From the NCBI GenBank assembly GCA_003223875.1, contig QHWY01000081.1:35388-99387 (forward strand): a stretch of DNA of 64,000 nt, in the 5' to 3' direction. A model generated the notes under the pieces. That model saw only the letters and a list, made by a program, of their open reading frames with translations, was not told the origin of the DNA and searched no databases. The DNA is from Acidobacteriota bacterium. GTDB lineage: Bacteria > Acidobacteriota > Terriglobia > 20CM-2-55-15. Below are positions 28,090 to 38,350 of the stretch, one piece after another (the first letter of the stretch is position 1; every line of letters starts with the position of its first letter). The position numbers and the translations under genes were made by a program.

Positions 28090-29033
28090 TTACTGTATTC
28101 ACTCTCCTCATCTTCACTGCCGCATTCGCCGGTGCGGCCGAATACGCCTGGTGGTCGCCGCAGCGGCGGATGCGTCAAGAAATCGAGCAGCGGTTGCGCG
28201 GTCTTCGGGTGGAAACCGGCCGCCGCCCGGAGTCCTTACTACGCCAGCAATATTCCGCGAGCGGCATTCTTTCGAAGCTGGAGGTCATGAAGTGGCTGCA
28301 AGTCACCATTGACCAGGCTCGGCTGCCATATCGCGCCGGAAATGTCGTCCTGTTCAGTGTTGTCTCGCTGGCGGGCGGTTATTTGGCCGCGGACGGTTTG
28401 CAGCTTTTTCCTTTCCTGGTCCTGAAAATTTTATTTGCCGTGGGATGCTCTATCATTCCAGCTCTTTACATTCGCATGAAGCGGCAGCGGCGCATGCGGC
28501 AAATCGAGGAGATGTTGCCGGAGTCCATCGATTTGTTTACCCGGGCAATGCGCGCGGGGCACAACATTCATAGCGGATTGCAGGTACTGGCAGACGAAAC
28601 CGCAGAACCCTTAGGCACGGAATTCAAAAAACTGGTCGAAGACCTGACGCTAGGCTCCACGGTTGATGAAGCGCTTCACAGTCTGGGTGATCGCGTGCCA
28701 CTGCTGGATCTGCGGTTCTTTTCCACCGGAGTCGTATTGCAGCGGGAGACCGGCGCCAACATCGTCACGGTCATGGAAAATCTCTCGGCGGTAATCCGGG
28801 AACGTCTGCAACTGAGATCGCGCCTTCGCGCGCATACGGCGCAACAGCGATTCTCCGCCGCCCTGCTCTGCGGCTTGCCGGTGATCAGCGGAGTCGCTTT
28901 CTATTTCATGAGATACGACTACATATCGGTGCTGTGGTTGACGGAACCGGGCTCGCGTTTTCTTATTTACGGAATCGTCTCGGAAATTATCGGCATCTTG
29001 GTGATACGCAAGATCGCTTCGGTGAAGCTCTAA
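28086..29033 (+). CDS. tadB: TadB platform protein
   Basis: LPESIDLFTRAMRAGH, EPLGTEF, QRETGAN. Confidence 0.93.
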   Translation: MITVFTLLIFTAAFAGAAEYAWWSPQRRMRQEIEQRLRGLRVETGRRPESLLRQQYSASGILSKLEVMKWLQVTIDQARLPYRAGNVVLFSVVSLAGGYLAADGLQLFPFLVLKILFAVGCSIIPALYIRMKRQRRMRQIEEMLPESIDLFTRAMRAGHNIHSGLQVLADETAEPLGTEFKKLVEDLTLGSTVDEALHSLGDRVPLLDLRFFSTGVVLQRETGANIVTVMENLSAVIRERLQLRSRLRAHTAQQRFSAALLCGLPVISGVAFYFMRYDYISVLWLTEPGSRFLIYGIVSEIIGILVIRKIASVKL

Positions 29034-29954
29034 ATGCCTCCAGAGTTTCCAATTCTTTTCTTCTTGAGCGTTGCGGGTTGCTCCACATTGCTTGTCGCAG
29101 GAATACACTATTATTGGCGCACACGCCAGGATGCGTTGCGCTGGCGCATCGAAGAACTTCAGGAGCAGTCTGAGTCGGGTGGTCCGCTTCCCTCCTTGCG
29201 CGGCGACATCTGGGATTCCTTGCTGCGCTCTACATACGGCGCGGTGTTTGGGAAGGACTGGTTCCGGCAAAAAGAATTGGAGCTCATGCGAGCGGGCTTC
29301 CGTGGTCCGCGCGTGGTCAAAGTTTACGGCGTCATCTCGCTCGTCTTCACGGCGGTGATGGTTGTCTGTGCGTTCTTCGCTCTTCAGAATCAGGACGTTT
29401 CGATGCGGCTGCTGGGATTGGCAGGCGCCGTGGTTTTGGGCTACTTCGTTCCGGATCAAGTTTTGGTTTCTTTGAGGAAACGGCACCGATTGAATTTGAT
29501 GGCTGCGCTCCCCGATACCACGGATATGCTGAGTATCGTTTTAGGCGCTGGATTATCTTTGGATCAGGCCATCGCGCGAGTGGGCGAAGAGATTCGCTTC
29601 GTGTACCCCGAGTTGGCGGACGAGTTTTATTGGATGACGCTCGAAGTTCAGGCCGGACAGGAGCGTGCCGTGGCCTTCCAACACATGGCGCAGCGAACGG
29701 GCCTCCTAGACATCCGCTCGCTGGCCAGCATGATTGTCCAGGCCGAACGGTTTGGAACGGGGTTGTCTCAGGCCCTGCGCATCTATGCCGATTCCTTGAG
29801 AACGAAGCGGCGACTCGAGATCGAATCGACTATCAATAAAGCCGGCGTGAAAATGGTGTTTCCGATCGTGTTGTTCATTCTGCCCGCTTTGTTTGTGGTG
29901 ATCCTGGTGCCGGGCGTTATCTCGACGCTCAGAGATCTGCAGTTACTACGATGA
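29034..29954 (+). CDS. tadC: TadC platform protein
   Basis: LPDTTDML..AGLSLDQA, QAERFGTGLSQALR, KMVFPIVLFILPALF. Confidence 0.93.
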   Translation: MPPEFPILFFLSVAGCSTLLVAGIHYYWRTRQDALRWRIEELQEQSESGGPLPSLRGDIWDSLLRSTYGAVFGKDWFRQKELELMRAGFRGPRVVKVYGVISLVFTAVMVVCAFFALQNQDVSMRLLGLAGAVVLGYFVPDQVLVSLRKRHRLNLMAALPDTTDMLSIVLGAGLSLDQAIARVGEEIRFVYPELADEFYWMTLEVQAGQERAVAFQHMAQRTGLLDIRSLASMIVQAERFGTGLSQALRIYADSLRTKRRLEIESTINKAGVKMVFPIVLFILPALFVVILVPGVISTLRDLQLLR

Positions 29955-29979
29955 CGGGCGAGTTTGAGAGGTTTTGACA

Positions 29980-30138
29980 ATGCTCATGTTTGTCCTTTGG
30001 TTGATCCAGGCCGCGCCGGACACTGGTTCCGACAACACCACCCTGATCCGGGTTGTCGCCGGTGTGCTGGCGCTGGTATGCATTGCAGTCATTCTCGTTC
30101 GGCGAAAGCGTAAGACATCGAAAGAGGATTGGTCCTGA
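29980..30138 (+). CDS. 52-aa small membrane peptide (below the ORF-track cutoff)
   Basis: Manual translation MLMFVLWLIQAAPDTGSDNTTLIRVVAGVLALVCIAVILVRRKRKTSKEDWS*; GAGAGG upstream; stop overlaps the next gene. Confidence 0.7.
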   Translation: MLMFVLWLIQAAPDTGSDNTTLIRVVAGVLALVCIAVILVRRKRKTSKEDWS

Positions 30139-31373
30139 ACTGGAACGACGTAGGAATTCTCTACCAGCGCGAGCTGCGCTCGGCGCTCCGCGACCGCACG
30201 ATTGTCACGAACAGCGTCCTGCTGCCGATATTTCTCTATCCACTGCTGATATGGATTGTTTATTCGGCGGTCACCTTTGTCTCCGGCCAGAATGAAGGCT
30301 TGAAATCGCGGATCATGCTAAAGGACGTTCCGGAGGCCCACGTTCGACTGAAGCAGGGGTTCGAGAAAGACAGGTCCATTGTCCTTGGCAGCTCTCTGGA
30401 CCCGCGCGACGACATCCGGCAGGGATTGTTGGACGCCCTGGTCGAGTTTCTTCCGCCAAAATCCAATCTTGGGATCGATGACAACTTCAGCGTTCGCATG
30501 ACGTTTGACGAATCGCGCGACAGCAGTGATCGCGCGAGGAGCCGTATCGCAGAAAAGATCACAAACTATCGCGAAGACTTTCTCGAAAGGCGCGCCGTCC
30601 AGTCCGGCATTTCACGCGAGCAATTTCAAAATTTCTGGATAGACGATCAGAACCTATCCAGCAACCAGCAGATCAGCGCGTTCACGATCATGCTGCCGAT
30701 ATTTTTCATTATCATGCTGGCCGTTGGAGCCATGCATCCTGCGATCGATTCGACAGCCGGTGAACGCGAGAATTCGACCTGGGAAACGATCATGACAGCC
30801 GCCACCTCCCGGACAAGCATTCTGGTTGCAAAATACCTTTATGTCGCAACGATGTCGTTCATCGCCGCTTTTTTGAATCTCTTCGCGATGATGGTTTCAA
30901 TGGGAACAGTGCTCGCTCCGTTTTTTCAGACGGGCCGCGGGAACTCGTCACTTCGCATTCCGCTCGAATCGGCGCCGTTGGTACTGGTTGGCGCCGCGCT
31001 GCTCGCGCTGTTTATTTCAGCGGGCATGATGATCCTTGCATCATTCGCGCGAAACTACAAAGAAGGACAATCCATGGTGGGACCGTTCTACATCGCATTG
31101 GTCCTGCCCATTCTTTTTCTTCAAACTCCGGATTTCGCGTTCACGCCGCGCCTTGCCTTGATTCCCGTTGCCAACGTGGTGATGATGATTCGCGAAGCCG
31201 TTCAGGGTGTATATCACTGGCGATCGATTGGAGTGACTCTGGCAGTGGAGTGCGTCTCGATCATCGTCGCGGTTCGGATCGCGGTCCTGATCATCCAACA
31301 CGAGGATTTTGCGATCGGCACGTACAACGGAAGCTTCGGCAAATTTGCGAAGGAATGGTTACTGGGTAAATGA
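30129..31373 (+). CDS. NatB-like ABC-2 permease
   Basis: RELRSALRDRT, AIDSTAGERENSTWE, FARNYKEGQ, LIPVANV. Confidence 0.88.
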   Translation: MVLNWNDVGILYQRELRSALRDRTIVTNSVLLPIFLYPLLIWIVYSAVTFVSGQNEGLKSRIMLKDVPEAHVRLKQGFEKDRSIVLGSSLDPRDDIRQGLLDALVEFLPPKSNLGIDDNFSVRMTFDESRDSSDRARSRIAEKITNYREDFLERRAVQSGISREQFQNFWIDDQNLSSNQQISAFTIMLPIFFIIMLAVGAMHPAIDSTAGERENSTWETIMTAATSRTSILVAKYLYVATMSFIAAFLNLFAMMVSMGTVLAPFFQTGRGNSSLRIPLESAPLVLVGAALLALFISAGMMILASFARNYKEGQSMVGPFYIALVLPILFLQTPDFAFTPRLALIPVANVVMMIREAVQGVYHWRSIGVTLAVECVSIIVAVRIAVLIIQHEDFAIGTYNGSFGKFAKEWLLGK

Positions 31374-32125
31374 GCGCGCCTGTTCTGGTCCGCAATCTCG
31401 CGAAGGCTTTTTACGATGAGGGCCGCGGCGAGATCAAAGCGGTGGATTCGATCAGCTTTGAATGTCACGAAGGCGAAATTTTCGGACTTCTCGGAGCGAA
31501 CGGCGCAGGAAAGACGACAACTCTGCGCATGCTCTCAACGATTCTTGCGCCGACGTCGGGTACCGCGACCATCATGGGCCACGATGTCGTTCACGATCCC
31601 GAAGGGGTTCGCAAAAACCTCGGGTTCTATTCGGCGACGACGGCTTTGTACCCCCGGCTGACTACTCGCGAAACCATTGAATTTTTTGCGCGCATCAACC
31701 AGTACCCCTCGAAGCGCGTACCCGAACGCGTTGAATACTTGATCCATCGGTTCGGTCTGGAGAAGTATGCCGATGCTCGAATCGAGAAACTGTCGTCGGG
31801 CATGAAGCAAAAGGTATCCGTCGCACGCACGGTAGCGCACGATCCGGCGATCCTGATCTTCGACGAACCTACTGTTGGCCTCGATGTTCTCAATGCTCTC
31901 GATGTTCAGGAGACGATCGGCGAATTACGGGCGGAAGGTAAAACGATCATATTCTCCACCCACATCATGAGTGAGGCCGAACGGCTCTGCGACCGCATCG
32001 CTATCATTCACGGCGGCCAAATTCTCGCAACAGACACACTCGCCGGGTTACGCGAAATCACCGGCCAACATTATCTGGAAGACATTTTTGTATTGTTCGT
32101 GAAAGCCGGCCAGGAAACGGTATGA
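31370..32125 (+). CDS. NatA-like ABC ATP-binding protein
   Basis: [26 protein letters not shown]. Confidence 0.95.
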   Translation: MSAPVLVRNLAKAFYDEGRGEIKAVDSISFECHEGEIFGLLGANGAGKTTTLRMLSTILAPTSGTATIMGHDVVHDPEGVRKNLGFYSATTALYPRLTTRETIEFFARINQYPSKRVPERVEYLIHRFGLEKYADARIEKLSSGMKQKVSVARTVAHDPAILIFDEPTVGLDVLNALDVQETIGELRAEGKTIIFSTHIMSEAERLCDRIAIIHGGQILATDTLAGLREITGQHYLEDIFVLFVKAGQETV

Positions 32126-34170
32126 ATTGGGAACTGATCCGGCTTCTCTTCCTGCATGAGGCGCGGATGCTCGTTCGCGCCCGCCGGACCGTCGTCATGG
32201 CGATCGTTCTTCCGGCGATCATCATGCCGCTCATGCTTTACGCCCAAAAATATTCTGCCGATCGGCGAGAACGATTGCTAACAGGGACGATATACCGATA
32301 CGCAATAACGGGAGAATTTGCGGATCGTGTGCGACTACTGATCGATCAGACACGGAAAAGTCTGAGCGACGCTCAAGACGACGAGTTCGGAAGGCTTCGG
32401 CAATTCAGATTTGTGGAGACCGCACCCGCGGATGTCCGGGCAAGTCTCGCCAAGCACGAGATTCAGTTCTACATCGAGACCATCACCGGAGGTGAAGCCG
32501 ATAAGTCTCGCAATGAGGCATCGAATACCCAAGAAGCGGAACCGCGCCGGTTGCGTGGCGTACCTGTGATCAACGTTGTCTATAGCGGGGACCGGATTGC
32601 TTCCGACGTAGCTCACAGCCGGATGCTGGAGTTGCTCCGGCTGGCGCGCCAACGGGATTCGCTGGCTTTGCTGGCCGGCCGGGGTGTTGCCGCGGACGCG
32701 AAAGACATCTTTGCAGTCGAGGACGCCAATGTCGCCACTGCAGGCCAAATAACAGGCTCGCTCGTAGGCCGCTTTCTCACATTGTTTCTGGTCATGATGA
32801 TGTTAACCGGCGGTGCCGTCGCCGCGATGGACATCATTGCGGGTGAGAAGGAACGCGGAACGCTCGAAACGCTTCTCACCAGCGCAGCCGGCAGGCAAGA
32901 AATTGTTGCGGCAAAGCAACTGGCCATTACGTCGGTTGCTCTCGTGATCACACTTTTACAGGGTCTAAATTTTTTTCTATACGTCAGACTGAAGGTCGTA
33001 GCGCTCCCGAAGAATTTCGAGCTTCAGCTCCCGACGGGGATGGCGTTGGCGTTATTGCTGCTGTTCATACCGCTCGCGGCTACGATTGGTTCGGTGCTGC
33101 TGATGATCTCGGCTTATGCGAAGACGTACAAAGAAGCGCAAATGTACTTTTTCCCTGTATACCTCATCAGTTTGGTTCCCTCGCTCGCATCTGTGATGCC
33201 GGGAATTTCGCTGCGTTCCGCGATTGCGCTGGTTCCCGTTGCCAATGTCAGCGTCGCGGCCCGCGAGATTCTGATGGGCCGGCCCGACGTGATGATGATC
33301 GGGATCACATTCGCCGTCATGTCCATAACCGCCGCTTACTTGATGCGCGCATCGGCGCGCTTGCTTTCGCGTGAGGACATCATTGTGCCGGCGCATTTTG
33401 AAGCCGCCGAATTCCTTGGCGGCGCGGCGCTGTTTCAAAAGCGTGTGCTGCGATGGTTCGCATTGATGTGGGTTGTGACTTTTGCCGTTGCGTTGAACGT
33501 GCCGGTGCTCGCGACATTCCGGCGCCAGCTCCTGTTCAACGAAATCGTTGTCATGATGGGAGCAACCGTTCTCATACTGAAGGTATACCGGTTGAATCCA
33601 ATAGAGATGCTGTCCTTACGCCCCGTCAGACCTGTCGTGTGGATAGCTATCCTGTTCGCTATTCCGTCGAGTTATCTAACAACTCTTGGAGTCTTCCAAC
33701 TGGTGAACACGGTAATGCCGGCACCGCAGCAGTTGTTGGAGCGATTTGCGGAAGACGTCATCCCGAAAGGAATGCCTACGTGGCAGTTGCTTCTCTATAT
33801 TGCTCTGTTGCCTGCCGTTTGCGAGGAGCTGGCTTTCCGCGGGATATTGTTAAACGGTTTGCGTCGAAAACTTCGGCCAGCAGGACTAATCCTCGGCATT
33901 GGTCTGATATTCGGCCTTTTTCATGTGATGCTTTATCGAATTGCTCCCACGGCGGTACTGGGAATAATTCTAACTGCGATTGCATTGATGACAGGGTCTG
34001 TGCTTCCGGGAATGCTCCTTCACGCCGGAAATAACGCTATGGGAGTCGTGTTGGGAAACGACTTAAATTTGTACGTGCTGCGCTGGTGGCATTTCCTGGC
34101 CGCATTCACGATTTTCGGGCTCTCGCTGTTTATCATTTACCGCAACAGAACTCCTTTGCCAACTCGATGA
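32122..34170 (+). CDS. NatB-like permease fused to a CPBP (CAAX/Abi) intramembrane protease
   Basis: AGEKERGTLETLL; C-terminal EELAFRG, FGLFH, HAGNN. Confidence 0.9.
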   Translation: MNWELIRLLFLHEARMLVRARRTVVMAIVLPAIIMPLMLYAQKYSADRRERLLTGTIYRYAITGEFADRVRLLIDQTRKSLSDAQDDEFGRLRQFRFVETAPADVRASLAKHEIQFYIETITGGEADKSRNEASNTQEAEPRRLRGVPVINVVYSGDRIASDVAHSRMLELLRLARQRDSLALLAGRGVAADAKDIFAVEDANVATAGQITGSLVGRFLTLFLVMMMLTGGAVAAMDIIAGEKERGTLETLLTSAAGRQEIVAAKQLAITSVALVITLLQGLNFFLYVRLKVVALPKNFELQLPTGMALALLLLFIPLAATIGSVLLMISAYAKTYKEAQMYFFPVYLISLVPSLASVMPGISLRSAIALVPVANVSVAAREILMGRPDVMMIGITFAVMSITAAYLMRASARLLSREDIIVPAHFEAAEFLGGAALFQKRVLRWFALMWVVTFAVALNVPVLATFRRQLLFNEIVVMMGATVLILKVYRLNPIEMLSLRPVRPVVWIAILFAIPSSYLTTLGVFQLVNTVMPAPQQLLERFAEDVIPKGMPTWQLLLYIALLPAVCEELAFRGILLNGLRRKLRPAGLILGIGLIFGLFHVMLYRIAPTAVLGIILTAIALMTGSVLPGMLLHAGNNAMGVVLGNDLNLYVLRWWHFLAAFTIFGLSLFIIYRNRTPLPTR

Positions 34171-35278
34171 GAGCATCCCGGCACGTGATGACGTCCTCTG
34201 CGATCACGTACTCGCTCACGCTGTGAAGTCCGGCTCCGCCCGGACCGAATACAACAGACGGAATACCAGCCTCGCCGAGGATTCCAGCATCCGTCCAAAA
34301 GCTCATGCCGCCGCGCACGGGCTGGGTTCCTTTTTTCGTTAGGGCGGATTCCATCATGCGCGGCAGAACGTGATCGGCCGGGGTCAAATACGGAGCGCGA
34401 GAAAACAGGAATCGTGCTGAGGATCTGAATTCCGGATCCTCTCGCCGGAGATCACGGATGATGTTTTGGACCTCCTCCAGAGCACACTGGCCCGCTTCGC
34501 CTTCGATCGTGCGTCGTTCCATTTCAAGCGTACATTGATCGGGATAGGTGCTTAGCTCACGGCCGCCGGCGATCAATGACGCATGCAGTGAAGCTGTGCC
34601 GTGGACGGGATGCGGCGGACGCGACTGAAGCTCGCGATCCAGCTTTTCCAAACGTGAAAGCACGCGACCCATCCGGACAATGGCGTCGCGTCCATCGGCC
34701 GGACGGCTGCCGTGGGCAGCGATGCCTTCAGTCATGACTTCCACCCATTGGAAACCCTTGTGTCCAACCGCAATTTTCATATCGGTTGGCTCGCCAACTA
34801 CCGCGGCATCCGCTTTCCAGGTGCGAACGAGCGCTTCGGCCCCGATGCTGGCATATTCTTCATCGACAACAGCAGCAAGGATCAGCCGCCCGGCCGGCAA
34901 TCCCCCATTTTTAGAAAGGTCTAAAATCGCGCCAATCATGGCGGCGAGGCCGCCCTTCATGTCTTGAGAGCCGCGGCCGTAAATTCGGCCTTCCTTCTCG
35001 ATCGGATCGAAGGGTGACTCCATTCCTGCAACACCGACCGTGTCCATGTGGCCACACCACATGAGCGACCGTCCCTCCTGTTTCCCTTCGAGTACCCCGA
35101 ACACGTTCGCGCGGTCTGGCACCACCTGCTCAATCTTCACGTCCACACTTCCGGCGCGCAATTTCGCCGCAATGGCTGTGGCAATCTCATTTTCGCCGGC
35201 AGCTTCGTGGACGAGCGAAGGATTAACCGAATTGATAGCGATCAAGTCACGAAGAAACTGGATAGTCGAATCGGCCAT
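34133..35278 (-). CDS. M20 ArgE/DapE family deacylase
   Basis: GHMDTV, GRGSQDMKGG, VDEE, GEPT, GPG..LHS. Confidence 0.92.
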   Translation of the reverse strand: MADSTIQFLRDLIAINSVNPSLVHEAAGENEIATAIAAKLRAGSVDVKIEQVVPDRANVFGVLEGKQEGRSLMWCGHMDTVGVAGMESPFDPIEKEGRIYGRGSQDMKGGLAAMIGAILDLSKNGGLPAGRLILAAVVDEEYASIGAEALVRTWKADAAVVGEPTDMKIAVGHKGFQWVEVMTEGIAAHGSRPADGRDAIVRMGRVLSRLEKLDRELQSRPPHPVHGTASLHASLIAGGRELSTYPDQCTLEMERRTIEGEAGQCALEEVQNIIRDLRREDPEFRSSARFLFSRAPYLTPADHVLPRMMESALTKKGTQPVRGGMSFWTDAGILGEAGIPSVVFGPGGAGLHSVSEYVIAEDVITCRDALIELAKEFCCGK

Positions 35279-35422
35279 TAATCGACAATTTTTGTCATTA
35301 GTCAGTACCGTTTTAACACAAGTTTGTAGTTAAGGCATGTTTGGTGCACTGCCGCTCCAATGTATTTCAATAGGTTACCAAAACCTATAGATGGACCCTA
35401 TCGTGCTTGAAAACTCGACGTT

Positions 35423-35671
35423 ATGAGAACACGGCACATCACGTTATCTCAACAACGAGGGATGATTACCGAGTTGGAACTGATGGACGCGGGATTTGAG
35501 GCCGCTGAACAATATATCTTGAGATATCGAACGCCGGCATCCGATCGAGCAAACGTGTTCGATCTTGGAAATCCGGATTTTTGTTCGGTCTTATGGACAG
35601 GTTTTCGATACCGCGATAGTCAGATTTCGATATTGCTCGAACGCCAGGGACAATCGTCCGCTGAGGCATAG
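35423..35671 (+). CDS. hypothetical protein, 82 aa
   Basis: Best candidate ORF in the gap; no recognised motif. Confidence 0.4.
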   Translation: MRTRHITLSQQRGMITELELMDAGFEAAEQYILRYRTPASDRANVFDLGNPDFCSVLWTGFRYRDSQISILLERQGQSSAEA

Positions 35672-35719
35672 TCCAGGGACGGCGGTACCCCACGGTGGAG
35701 GGTTTGGCGGAACGGCAAA

Positions 35720-35752
35720 CACCTCACGGCCAAGATGGCCTTGAGGTGTTTT
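35720..35752. terminator. probable bidirectional intrinsic terminator
   Basis: ACACCTCACGGCC-AAGAT-GGCCTTGAGGTGT hairpin with T/A flanks, between convergent ORFs. Confidence 0.6.
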
Positions 35753-35765
35753 ACATTTTGGTCCA

Positions 35766-36872
35766 TTATTTTCCGTACGTCACCCGGTAAATCGCATCGG
35801 CTTTATCATCGGACACAAGCAGCGAACCATCCGGCATCAGCAAAACATCGGCAGGGCGCCCCCAAGCCTTAGAACCCTGCAGCCATCCTTCCGCGAACGG
35901 CTCGTACTTCACTGCCTTATTTCCGTCCAAACGCACAAGCGTGACGCGATAGCCGATGGGAACGCTGCGATTCCATGAACCGTGTTCGGCGATGAAAATT
36001 TGGTTTCGATATTCCGGCGGAAACATTGTCCCCGTATAAAAGCGCATGCCGATGGCTGCCACGTGCGGGCCGAGAGCTATCGCCGGCGGAGTGAATTTGT
36101 TGCATGGTTGCTGGTTGAACTTCGGACCGGGAATCGTGCCGGCTAGACAGTCGGGAAAACCAAAGTTCATTCCGGGCCGGGGCGCGTAATTCAGTTCATC
36201 AGGCGGAAGGTTATCGCCCATTCCATCGACACCGTTGTCGGTAAACCACAACTCCTTTGTCACAGGATGCCAATCAAAGCCTACCGAGTTCCGAATTCCA
36301 TTTGCGAAACTTTCGAGACCTGAACCGTCGGCGTTCATACGGTCGATGACGCCGTGCCGCTCGTCGGGACGGCAAATATTGCAAGGCGCGCCGACAGGGA
36401 CGTACATCATGCCATCGGGGCCAAACGCAATGAACTTCCAACCGTGGTGCTGTTCGGTCGGAAATCTATCGGTGATGACCACAGGCTTCGGCGGATTTTT
36501 GAGACGGGATTCAATGCCATCGTACCGGATCACGCGCGAGATTTCTGCCACGTAAAGCGAGCCGTTACGAAAAGCCACGCCCGAAGGCATGTTGAGCCCT
36601 TGCGCAATCTTGATGACTTCTGCCGGCCGATTGTCCTTCGAGTGATCGACAATGGCGTACAGATTACCGGCTTCCCTCGATCCGGCGAAAATCACGCCAT
36701 TAGAACCGAGCGCCATCTGCCGCGCATTCGGGACGCCAATGGCAAACACCTTAATGCTGAACCCCGGCGGCAGTTTGATCTTATCGAGAGGCAATGTTGG
36801 AGTGCTGCGGGCAGCAAAAATGAAGAGACCGACGATGAAAATTACCAGAGCAGCGCGAATGAGTCGAACCAT
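35766..36872 (-). CDS. PQQ-dependent sugar/sorbosone dehydrogenase family
   Basis: LPPGF, HHGWKFIAFGPDG, GAPCNIC, GIRNSVGFDW, PDELN, HGSWNRS, GRPADV. Confidence 0.92.
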   Translation of the reverse strand: MVRLIRAALVIFIVGLFIFAARSTPTLPLDKIKLPPGFSIKVFAIGVPNARQMALGSNGVIFAGSREAGNLYAIVDHSKDNRPAEVIKIAQGLNMPSGVAFRNGSLYVAEISRVIRYDGIESRLKNPPKPVVITDRFPTEQHHGWKFIAFGPDGMMYVPVGAPCNICRPDERHGVIDRMNADGSGLESFANGIRNSVGFDWHPVTKELWFTDNGVDGMGDNLPPDELNYAPRPGMNFGFPDCLAGTIPGPKFNQQPCNKFTPPAIALGPHVAAIGMRFYTGTMFPPEYRNQIFIAEHGSWNRSVPIGYRVTLVRLDGNKAVKYEPFAEGWLQGSKAWGRPADVLLMPDGSLLVSDDKADAIYRVTYGK

Positions 36873-36959
36873 AGGGCTTCTCCTTTCGTCGACGCAATGC
36901 TTTCGTAATCATATGCGGGACTCTATACTCAATCGTAAGACGGAAAAAGGAGGAACGGA

Positions 36960-37295
36960 ATGGCTTCTGAAGGCTTTCACGAATTGCCTCAAGATTTGAA
37001 CCCCCAGACGCGAGATATGCACCGAGCAATTGTGAGTTTGATGGAGGAACTGGAGGCCATTGATTGGTACCAACAGCGGATCGACGCGACAACCGATGAG
37101 GCTCTTCGCACGATTTTGGTCCATAACCGCGATGAAGAAAAAGAACACGCCTCGATGGTCCTCGAATGGATCCGCCGGCACGATCCCGTTTTTGAAGGAC
37201 ATCTTAAGACATACCTGTTTAGCACCGAACCCATAACAGAACGTGCCGAAGCCGCAGAAGCTCAAGCGTCAGGAGGCCGGCGATGGAATGGTTGA
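36960..37295 (+). CDS. encapsulin-associated ferritin-like protein (EncFtn)
   Basis: HRAIVSLMEELEAIDWYQQR, HNRDEEKEHA, LEWIRR, YLF. Confidence 0.95.
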   Translation: MASEGFHELPQDLNPQTRDMHRAIVSLMEELEAIDWYQQRIDATTDEALRTILVHNRDEEKEHASMVLEWIRRHDPVFEGHLKTYLFSTEPITERAEAAEAQASGGRRWNG

Positions 37296-38089
37296 GACGC
37301 AGTGCCGCTCCCCTATCCGAAAAAGCCTGGAAGGAAATCGACGACGTTGCCGGAGCAATGTTCAAGCAAACTGTTGTGGCTCGCCGTATCGTCGACTTCG
37401 ACGGCCCGCGGGGATGGAATCACGTGGCAACCCAGCTTGGGACGTTCAAAGCGGCGCAGGTTCGTTCATCCGGTCCGGTTCGATTCTCCATACCCGACGT
37501 CTTGCTCCTGACAGAACTGCGCGCGGATTTCCAATTGGCCTGGGCAGACATCGACATATTCGAACGTGCCGGACCGCGGCTTGAAGCGAAACCGATCGAG
37601 GAGGCTGCGCGGGAGGTCGCCCTCGCCGAAGATACCCTGATCTTCTTCGGAAGCTCCACCAGCCCAGGTCTTCTAACAAACTCGGACACTCCTCGTGTTG
37701 CGCTCTCCGATTGGTCGATCCCAGGCAGGGTTGTGACCGATCTGCTGGCCGCTGTACAAAAACTGGATACGTTCGGAATCAAAGGGCCGTATGAAGCGGT
37801 GCTCTCAACAGAGCACTACTATTCTTATCTTCGCCGGACAGGCGAGGGAGGTGTCTACCCCGCCGCGAAACAACTTGGCATCGTGATCGAGAAAGTCCAC
37901 CACTCGCCGGTCATTGAGGGCGCAGTTCTTTTCTCCACTCGCGGAGGAGATTTCCTGACAACCTTAGGCGGTGATTTCACGGTTGGTTACCGGTGGCACG
38001 ACGAAACCGCCGTTCATCTTTTCTGCGTCGAAACGGTTGCGGCGCAACTGCTGACGCCTGAAGCCGTCTGCCTGATCCGTCCGGATTAG
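37283..38089 (+). CDS. family 1 encapsulin shell protein (Linocin M18)
   Basis: LRRSAAPLSEKAWKEID, ARRIVDFDGPRG, ELRADF, AEDTLIFFG, GPY, STRGGDF. Confidence 0.95.
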   Translation: MEWLRRSAAPLSEKAWKEIDDVAGAMFKQTVVARRIVDFDGPRGWNHVATQLGTFKAAQVRSSGPVRFSIPDVLLLTELRADFQLAWADIDIFERAGPRLEAKPIEEAAREVALAEDTLIFFGSSTSPGLLTNSDTPRVALSDWSIPGRVVTDLLAAVQKLDTFGIKGPYEAVLSTEHYYSYLRRTGEGGVYPAAKQLGIVIEKVHHSPVIEGAVLFSTRGGDFLTTLGGDFTVGYRWHDETAVHLFCVETVAAQLLTPEAVCLIRPD

Positions 38090-38102
38090 GTGAGGGAATA
38101 GC

Positions 38103-38344
38103 GGCTTTGCACAAAAACTGCATGATGTCGGGCTCTCCGCTGGGCTTTGCACAAAAAATCCTGGGCGGTCATAGACCGCCCCTACAGCTTGGGGTGCGCA
38201 ACTGTAGGGGCGCTCTATGAGCGCCCACGATGTATTTTTTGTGCAAAGCCCTCTCCGCTGTAGCGGCGGTCTATGACCGCCGACAATACAGCAAGTTGCG
38301 AGACCGCCGCTACAGTCGCCATGCTCTATTTTTTGTGCAAAGCC
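38103..38344. mobile_element. outer MITE of the GGCTTTGCACAAAAA family with a nested 108-bp copy
   Basis: TIRs start at 38103 and end at 38344; flanks GGGAATAGC / GGAAAAAGC (degenerate 9-bp duplication); different REP cargo. Confidence 0.85.
38143..38250. mobile_element. 108-bp MITE, copy 3
   Basis: Direct repeat CTCTCCGCTG at 38133-38142 and 38251-38260. Confidence 0.92.
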
Positions 38345-38350
38345 GGAAAA

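Noticed and set aside
37240-37295. Programmed -1 frameshift fusing EncFtn to encapsulin
   Set aside because: No slippery heptamer seen, and the shell gene has its own AGGAGG RBS.
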